Below, piece by piece: positions 57,795 to 64,000 of a DNA stretch of 64,000 nt. The stretch lies in IMG/VR virus record IMGVR_UViG_3300042889_002336. The stretch is one strand, 5' to 3'. Every line of letters begins with the position of its first letter. Within the stretch, counting starts at the first letter, position 1. The stretch is from an uncultured virus (IMG/VR IMGVR_UViG_3300042889_002336). Taxonomy: Duplodnaviria; Heunggongvirae; Uroviricota; Caudoviricetes. The position numbers were made by a program, and so were the translations under genes. The notes under the pieces were generated by a model that was given only the letters and a program-made list of their open reading frames with translations, was not told the origin of the DNA and made no database searches.

Positions 57795-58868
57795 TTATAT
57801 ATCTATTTTTACAATGAAAGTCATATCTGTGTTTGCAGATTTTGGTACTGGTTGACCTAATTTCCCTACTGCTATTAATTCGTTTGCATCGTTGTATAGT
57901 CCAACTGTTGTTATATAGGGTTGGAAATAACTTCCTGTTATATTACTGTTTAAATCTCCTGCTGATGAAGGAAGTGTATTTGAATACTCTGTTCCATCGT
58001 TATAGTAGGTTGTTTTTATTGAACTACTTATTGCTGAAGGATTATATGTATGGTTGAATTCTGACTCTCTAACTCTACAGTGATAGTTATGTGTATAAAT
58101 AGGGTGATTAGATTTCCATCTTATTGTTCCATCCACATAATTCATTAGGTAATTTGCTACAAGCTCGTCTGTAAGAATAATTTGACCATGAGTATATATT
58201 ACATTTCCTACATACTTTTTAGGGTTAGAACATTTTAAATAAAGATTACCTTCTCCATCGTCTACTATTGTAGAAGAGTACCCTTCTGGTATGTCTAAGT
58301 ATTCTCCTCCAGCTGCTGGTGTTTCCTCTACGTAATCTCCTTCATTACTTAAGTAATCGTTACCTATTGTAGCACAGGCGTTAGGTGTAGATCCGTATAT
58401 GTTAAAGAAGTCTTCTACGTAATCATCTTCAGAATTTTCTCTAGCGTAAGAGGATAGTACATAACTTGAAGAAACTCCTGATTCAGGTACTATCTCTAAA
58501 GAGAAAGGCTCTATGTGAGTACCTACAATATCTCTTGGCATAGAGTAAACCCCTATGTAAGACTTTATATTTCTAGATCCACTAGTGTATGAAGATTGTA
58601 AGAAGTTTTCGTAAGATCCTGTAGTTGTAATACTTCCGCTTTGGAATAAACTGTAATATAAGTGGTTTATGCTTTGGAAAATTAATCTCTTATATGAAAT
58701 ACTTTGTATTTCGTTTACAGGTAAGTAGTAATTTGAAGAACCGGAGATACCTGAAAGTGTCTCTATATTATTTGCGCTATATTCACTACCAGATACTGCC
58801 CAAGATTTTCGGGCAGTGTAGGTTGTGATGTAAGCATCTTGCTTGTTTAGTTTTTTGTAAGCACTCAT
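57795..58868 (-). CDS. Putative baseplate/tail structural protein
   Basis: C-terminal YITTVGLYND..EL.AV.KL..P..K shared with 58872..59906. Confidence 0.6.
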   Translation of the reverse strand: MSAYKKLNKQDAYITTYTARKSWAVSGSEYSANNIETLSGISGSSNYYLPVNEIQSISYKRLIFQSINHLYYSLFQSGSITTTGSYENFLQSSYTSGSRNIKSYIGVYSMPRDIVGTHIEPFSLEIVPESGVSSSYVLSSYARENSEDDYVEDFFNIYGSTPNACATIGNDYLSNEGDYVEETPAAGGEYLDIPEGYSSTIVDDGEGNLYLKCSNPKKYVGNVIYTHGQIILTDELVANYLMNYVDGTIRWKSNHPIYTHNYHCRVRESEFNHTYNPSAISSSIKTTYYNDGTEYSNTLPSSAGDLNSNITGSYFQPYITTVGLYNDANELIAVGKLGQPVPKSANTDMTFIVKIDI

Positions 58869-58871
58869 TCA

Positions 58872-59906
58872 TTAATAATCCAACTTGATTCTTACTAATG
58901 CTTCTTTTGTGAAATCCTTTAAGAGTGGTTTAGATAGTTTTGCTACTGCTAAAAGGTCATTATTATCGTTATATAACCCTACTGTTGTAATATATGCTTG
59001 AGGTGTATTGATCATAATATCATGTCTCAATTCTCCTGAACCTGTAATGTTAGAAGGGTTTGTTGAATAATTAAATTCACTATTTCTTACTCTAACAAAT
59101 ATATAGTTTGAAGATACTGTTTCTTCTGCTTGTGCTTCAAAGTACAATCCTCCTGAGATAGCATTGTAGAATTTTCTTGTATTTTCACTATCAGTAATAG
59201 GGCCAACAGCTTGAACTGTAGCTAAGTCTATACCTCCTGCTCCGGCTGTATCGTCTAATGCTTCTCCGTTAAGTACTATGATTCCTACATCTGGTAAAAA
59301 TTTACCGTAACTTCCTCCTGTTTGGTTATATCCACTGGTTGCAGATGTAACGTTAAGGTCCCATGGTTGCCCGTTTGATCCACTAATAACGTCGTAAACT
59401 CTTCCTGAGTCTACATAAGAGATAGTTGTTAATGCTTTACTATTATCTGTTAAGGATATAACATCTCCGTTTGGACCTTTTAGTTTTAAGTTAAAACTAC
59501 CTGGTAGTAGTTTTTCTTTATACCTACTTCTGTCTATAGAGATTACATAAATGTAGTCAGAAGATTGATTTTGAAATTGAAAAACTGTATCTTCATCTCC
59601 AAATACTAAATTCCTATACTGTCCGTATATTGTCGCTGATGGTGATTTTCCTGCTGCTCCTACGTTATAGTTTACTGATCCTCTCCCTAATCTATCTCCA
59701 TAGGTAATTCCCATTTGAGCTACTGCTGTAGCATCATTGTTGATATTTGCATTAAATATCCTAGTGTAGTATTCTCCAGAAGTGGAGTACTGAGCAGATG
59801 ATGTAAAAAATGTAGTTAACAATTTACTATTTGTAGACCATAGAGGAGTTACTACTGACTCTGCACTGATGGATATATCTTCTGGATCTAATCTTTTAAA
59901 TGCCAT
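58872..59906 (-). CDS. Putative baseplate/tail structural protein
   Basis: EFNYS.NPS, YITTVGLYNDNNDLLAVAKLSKPL. Confidence 0.6.
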   Translation of the reverse strand: MAFKRLDPEDISISAESVVTPLWSTNSKLLTTFFTSSAQYSTSGEYYTRIFNANINNDATAVAQMGITYGDRLGRGSVNYNVGAAGKSPSATIYGQYRNLVFGDEDTVFQFQNQSSDYIYVISIDRSRYKEKLLPGSFNLKLKGPNGDVISLTDNSKALTTISYVDSGRVYDVISGSNGQPWDLNVTSATSGYNQTGGSYGKFLPDVGIIVLNGEALDDTAGAGGIDLATVQAVGPITDSENTRKFYNAISGGLYFEAQAEETVSSNYIFVRVRNSEFNYSTNPSNITGSGELRHDIMINTPQAYITTVGLYNDNNDLLAVAKLSKPLLKDFTKEALVRIKLDY

Positions 59907-59909
59907 ATC

Positions 59910-60569
59910 TTATTGATTTACTTTTACTATAGTTACTGGAATAGTTAATCTAGCACCTGAATCTCTACCAATCACTGTAAGTGTTGTTTGAAGTGATGTA
60001 TTATCTCCAAATAGTGTATTAATTGTTGTTGCAGTTATGTTGATAGAAGTTCCAATTACTGCTTTAGAAACGTTTGTTCCTAGGGTAGTAGTTGAGTTTA
60101 ATCTTTCAGCTTCTGAGGTATTAATACCTACTCCATTAAATGTATTTGTTACTCTAGCGTCTGCAATAGTTGCTACATATCCTCCAGCTTCAAAAGTTTG
60201 AGAAGATCCTAAATAATTTAATGTTTGAGGAGTAATTGCAAGTGATGCTCCTTGTTTTAATCTAATAGCCGAGAATCCTAAATCTAGAATTGGTAACTTA
60301 GCAGTTCCTCTTGGAAGAGTTGTAAGTTTATACTTCATGATTTGAGTTTCATCCGGAAATGCTTCTAGTAGTGGCATTTTTTCAATAGCCTCTCCATAAT
60401 ATGCTGATCCATTTGGATGTGTTGGATTATATAATGTGTAATCAATCTCATCATCTGCTAAAGCAAATTGAGTGATTTTGAAAGAACCATCACCTCTTGC
60501 AAGTAATTCTCTTCCTTTTTTAGTTAAAATTGCATCAACTGTTACAATTGAATTATCTAAGTATCCCAT
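59910..60569 (-). CDS. Putative baseplate/tail structural protein
   Basis: DAILTKKGRELLA....FKITQFAL.DDEIDY. Confidence 0.6.
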   Translation of the reverse strand: MGYLDNSIVTVDAILTKKGRELLARGDGSFKITQFALADDEIDYTLYNPTHPNGSAYYGEAIEKMPLLEAFPDETQIMKYKLTTLPRGTAKLPILDLGFSAIRLKQGASLAITPQTLNYLGSSQTFEAGGYVATIADARVTNTFNGVGINTSEAERLNSTTTLGTNVSKAVIGTSINITATTINTLFGDNTSLQTTLTVIGRDSGARLTIPVTIVKVNQ

Positions 60570-60623
60570 TTTGTGTTTTTTATCTTATTATAAATATACG
60601 TTTTTTTATTATTTTATACAACC

Positions 60624-61859
60624 CTAAGTTATACACAGACTACTGCTACTATAAACTAACCCGTATTCATCTGTCTCTAGTATCTCTTTTGAATCTTTTA
60701 CCCATATTCTAGAATTTGTTGAATTTACAATTTTTGCACTTGTATTATCTACTTTAAAAATCTTTAAAGGCTTTACTGTAAGAATTTTACCGTATTGCGG
60801 CAAGGTTGTAGGTGCTGTATTTAGGTATCCTCTTGTTACTATCAATGTATTTGGTAAACCTCCTATTCCTGGTCTAATTCCAGTTACCCTTAATTTTTCT
60901 GATAGTATTACTCCTGTGTCTTTATTTTGGATCTGTAATATACTGCCTATTTCGACAGGACTTATATCAAGTGAACTGGTTGTTCCGTATGCTAGAGAAA
61001 TAACAGGCGCAAGATTTTGTTGCAATAATTCATACTTTGTACTTACAAGTCCGTCGAAAGAAGGTGTCTCCTGGTCTCCTGTAAATAGAAATTCTGTCGT
61101 TACCCTATCTGTTAATGATCTTGAACATATTAACTGATATGCAGAGGATGATGGATTCTGTTCTCCTACAAATGTTTTAGCTGTTATTGCAGGTGGAATT
61201 CCTTTATAACTCTGTGCATCTGTTGTTGATCCTCTATACCTTGCGTTACTCCATCCTGTAGATGAGTAATTACTGTCTTGTATTTGTGCTTTTTCTGCTG
61301 AACCTGATAATATTTTCGGTAGGTTTGTAGGATTTACTCCTGATCCTACCCTGTCTGATTGCTGTATGTAAGTGGAGTTTCTATTTACCAGTGCATTACT
61401 GATTAATGGATTGAAATCACTATATTCGTACTTCTCATCTTGAACATAAGGTAGAAAAGCAACCTCTATTTGATCTACTCCTCCTTGATCTTCATTATTA
61501 GGAGTTCTATTAAATTCTATCGGCAATATTTCAAAGTAGTAGTAATCACTTATTGGATTACTAAAACTATTAGGATACTTAGACCTACTTTCGATAGGTA
61601 TTAAATATACCTGCCCATCTACAACAAATCGGATGCTGGTTGCAGTTAGTAGTACATTCTCTAGATCTATTTGATTTAGAGGTGATGTCTGTAAACTCCA
61701 ATCTCTCCTTGTAGCAACTGTTACAGTAACCCCTGTTACCATAACCTTGTTAGCGTTGTCTGTAGGATGTGGTTCACAGCATACATTTATACTGGCATCC
61801 TTATTTATATTGGTAAGGTTGTCTGTTTGATGTAAGAAAAGGAATGTTGCTATATTCAT
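60624..61859 (-). CDS. Hypothetical structural protein
   Basis: 411 aa ORF in the baseplate region. Confidence 0.6.
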   Translation of the reverse strand: MNIATFLFLHQTDNLTNINKDASINVCCEPHPTDNANKVMVTGVTVTVATRRDWSLQTSPLNQIDLENVLLTATSIRFVVDGQVYLIPIESRSKYPNSFSNPISDYYYFEILPIEFNRTPNNEDQGGVDQIEVAFLPYVQDEKYEYSDFNPLISNALVNRNSTYIQQSDRVGSGVNPTNLPKILSGSAEKAQIQDSNYSSTGWSNARYRGSTTDAQSYKGIPPAITAKTFVGEQNPSSSAYQLICSRSLTDRVTTEFLFTGDQETPSFDGLVSTKYELLQQNLAPVISLAYGTTSSLDISPVEIGSILQIQNKDTGVILSEKLRVTGIRPGIGGLPNTLIVTRGYLNTAPTTLPQYGKILTVKPLKIFKVDNTSAKIVNSTNSRIWVKDSKEILETDEYGLVYSSSSLCIT

Positions 61860-61874
61860 TTTTATTTTTATTTA

Positions 61875-64000
61875 TTAAAGTGTAGACCAACTTGCACCTG
61901 TACCTGGGCCATGGAGACTGTTACATAGTATTACTCCTGTATTAGCGCTGTTTGTGTTTTGAACTTGTGTATTAGGGTACCCGTTAGTGTAAAAGTATGC
62001 GTATGTTCCATCACTATACCATCCACTTATAGGTACGTCAGTTCCAACAGTTCTTAAAAGTTTTCCTGCAGTCCATAATCCTGGGAAGTCATAAGGAGGT
62101 TGGTTAATTAGCTTTGTATAGTATACTTGTCCGAGTAGTCCTACTTCCCCTGATGAGACATTTAAAGCACCGTTTGTACATGCTTCGTTTGGACCTCCTG
62201 CACCATAGTTTATTCCTATATTTACAATCTCTGTTGCTACTCCTGATTTAAGAAGTCTAATAACTCTTTCACAATTGTCCGGTACGTTTACTAATTTAAC
62301 CCACACTGCCCTAGAACCAAATGTAAAGTTCTGTGCTTGTGCAGTTGTTAGTTGCTGTATAGCAGGTACAGTAATTGCTCCCCAGTTACTAGGTTTAGCA
62401 AGTCCGGGATATACGTAGTAGGTTGCATTTGGCAATTCTCCTTCAAAGAAAGTTGTTAAGTCTATATTAAGTACGTCATTTCCATAATCTCCTGCAAAGA
62501 GGTCAATTTGTGTATCTTCCTGTGGTGACAAGAAACAGTTATAAAATGCTCTACTTACTGATGTTTTACAGGTAGGGTCATATGTATCTGCTACAGTAAC
62601 GGTATACCTGTCCCCTGTAATACCGCCGACAAATGTATAAGTAGAGGTTCCTGGAGGAAGTGGTACCGGTGTTTCGTTATTCTTCTGTACTGTATACACT
62701 ACTTGAGTGTTTACGCCTAGTGGGAACCAGTTTGCGAAGTTATAACTTGCTCCTGCTATTATATAGTTTGGTGCTGTAATAGGTCCTAATGTACAAGCTA
62801 CGGTACGGAAGTTTACCGTTTCGTAACATGTCTCGTTTGATCGTCCGTATATAACTGTTGAGTTGTATTGAGGAGCTGTAAAAGTGTACGTAGATGGAAT
62901 TACTTGTCCTGTTGCAGAATTAAGACGGTATACTGTATTAACAGGTGCTGATACTCCATTTTCTCCGAATAGTGGACCTAGTGCGTATGGAATATTTGGC
63001 TTTACAGTAAATGTATCGTTGGCTAATGGCTTTAGTGTACATGTTCCTGGTGGCAGGTCTTCATAAAACTTTATATTAAACTGAACTCTTGGTGGGATTC
63101 CTTTCTTTAATACATTATTATTATTAAGCTCTCCTGTTGTTACTCTAATAAAACTATTTGCTAATTCTCCATCAAACTTTGCTTCTTCTTTGTTTTTAGC
63201 AAGTGATACGGTTCTTCCTATTGGTGTTTCTACCACCTGTTTGTAAGAAGCTGTATATTCTACTACTGCTCCAAAAGTATCTCCGTGATATCCTTCCGTG
63301 AAAGCTGTATTAATAGATGATGTATAGTTGAAAGCATTATCCATTGAAGCAGATAGAATTGTATCTACGGATGCTTTTACTGATTTTGCTTTTGATCTAT
63401 TAAGTAAATTTGGTTTAATTATTATACCCGTATCTGCTACTGTTCTAGCAGGTACAAAGTCTTTAACCATCTTAAAGATTACGTTATCAAAAAATTTAAT
63501 TAACCTAACATATGCTCTTACATCGTATTGTGATAAATTTCCTAATATGTCTTCTGCTACTTTATAAAGACCCTCGTAATCTGGGAGTATTAGATTGCTT
63601 GGATCTCCTATATACTGATCTATATTGAATGTAGCCAGATTTGGATCTGCTAATGATTTAGATATAATATACTTATCTACGTTATCTGTTGGAGAAAATC
63701 CTACTTCAATAACATGTAAGTCATCTGTATACTTATTATCTCTTTTTATTATAGATGTATAGCTTGATAGAGTATCTCCTGGTATGATACTTCCTGTATT
63801 GTCAATTCTTATCTTATCTAAAGAACTTGTATAGTACTGGTAGTCTCCGTAGAATGGTCTTTCATTTGTATTTCTACCTCCATATAGTTTTATATTTAAT
63901 ATATCTGAAGGAATACCAAAACAGTTTATAAGTGCTCTTAGTCCTCTCTCTGTACCTTTTGTTTTTAGTAAATAAGAAAGGTTATGGTAAATTCTTTTTT
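61875..64000 (-). CDS. Large baseplate wedge-like protein (5' end beyond the window)
   Basis: Frame stays open upstream of the ORF-track ATG at 63470 (..FNIDQYIGDP..IKFFDNVIFKMVKDFVPAR); near the edge it reads KTKGTERGLRALINCFGIP. Confidence 0.65.
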   Translation of the reverse strand, partial: KRIYHNLSYLLKTKGTERGLRALINCFGIPSDILNIKLYGGRNTNERPFYGDYQYYTSSLDKIRIDNTGSIIPGDTLSSYTSIIKRDNKYTDDLHVIEVGFSPTDNVDKYIISKSLADPNLATFNIDQYIGDPSNLILPDYEGLYKVAEDILGNLSQYDVRAYVRLIKFFDNVIFKMVKDFVPARTVADTGIIIKPNLLNRSKAKSVKASVDTILSASMDNAFNYTSSINTAFTEGYHGDTFGAVVEYTASYKQVVETPIGRTVSLAKNKEEAKFDGELANSFIRVTTGELNNNNVLKKGIPPRVQFNIKFYEDLPPGTCTLKPLANDTFTVKPNIPYALGPLFGENGVSAPVNTVYRLNSATGQVIPSTYTFTAPQYNSTVIYGRSNETCYETVNFRTVACTLGPITAPNYIIAGASYNFANWFPLGVNTQVVYTVQKNNETPVPLPPGTSTYTFVGGITGDRYTVTVADTYDPTCKTSVSRAFYNCFLSPQEDTQIDLFAGDYGNDVLNIDLTTFFEGELPNATYYVYPGLAKPSNWGAITVPAIQQLTTAQAQNFTFGSRAVWVKLVNVPDNCERVIRLLKSGVATEIVNIGINYGAGGPNEACTNGALNVSSGEVGLLGQVYYTKLINQPPYDFPGLWTAGKLLRTVGTDVPISGWYSDGTYAYFYTNGYPNTQVQNTNSANTGVILCNSLHGPGTGASWSTL

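Noticed and set aside
2011..63567. Plus-strand ORFs in the track (e.g. 2644..3414, 10238..10756, 40359..40814, 55455..55847)
   Set aside because: All are antisense shadows of long minus-strand genes with repetitive Gly/Thr/Ala codons; no motifs or independent signals.
1..64000. Stop-codon reassignment, as seen in some large phages
   Set aside because: Core genes translate full-length under the standard code, coding density is high, and TAA, TAG and TGA all terminate genes.

Overview
AT-rich segment of a large T4-like (myovirus) phage genome, with essentially every real gene on the minus strand. In transcription order (right to left) it contains: baseplate/tail genes; a first tail-fibre cluster (48-58 kb); primase and exonuclease; a long block of small and modular proteins sharing N-terminal tags that end in (L/I)-x-E, probably head-packaged cargo; terminase, portal, prohead protease, scaffold, major capsid, vWA, PhoH and neck/tail-completion genes; a second fibre/adhesin cluster (collagen-like, LamG, fibrinogen-like, S74 chaperone); and the start of the tail sheath gene. 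A-rich leaders without Shine-Dalgarno sequences and a TA-TA-TTTA promoter-like motif suggest a Bacteroidota host (inference). The standout is an intergenic, complete group I ribozyme core at about 1024-1250 (minus strand) that interrupts no gene. It sits directly behind its own promoter motif, begins with the internal guide sequence, and has its perfectly complementary U.G splice-site target DOWNSTREAM of the omega-G. This is a natural L1-permuted, self-targeting arrangement predicted to circularise or concatenate an 18-nt exon and/or process the downstream mRNA. All protein calls come from motif recognition by eye; no searches were run.
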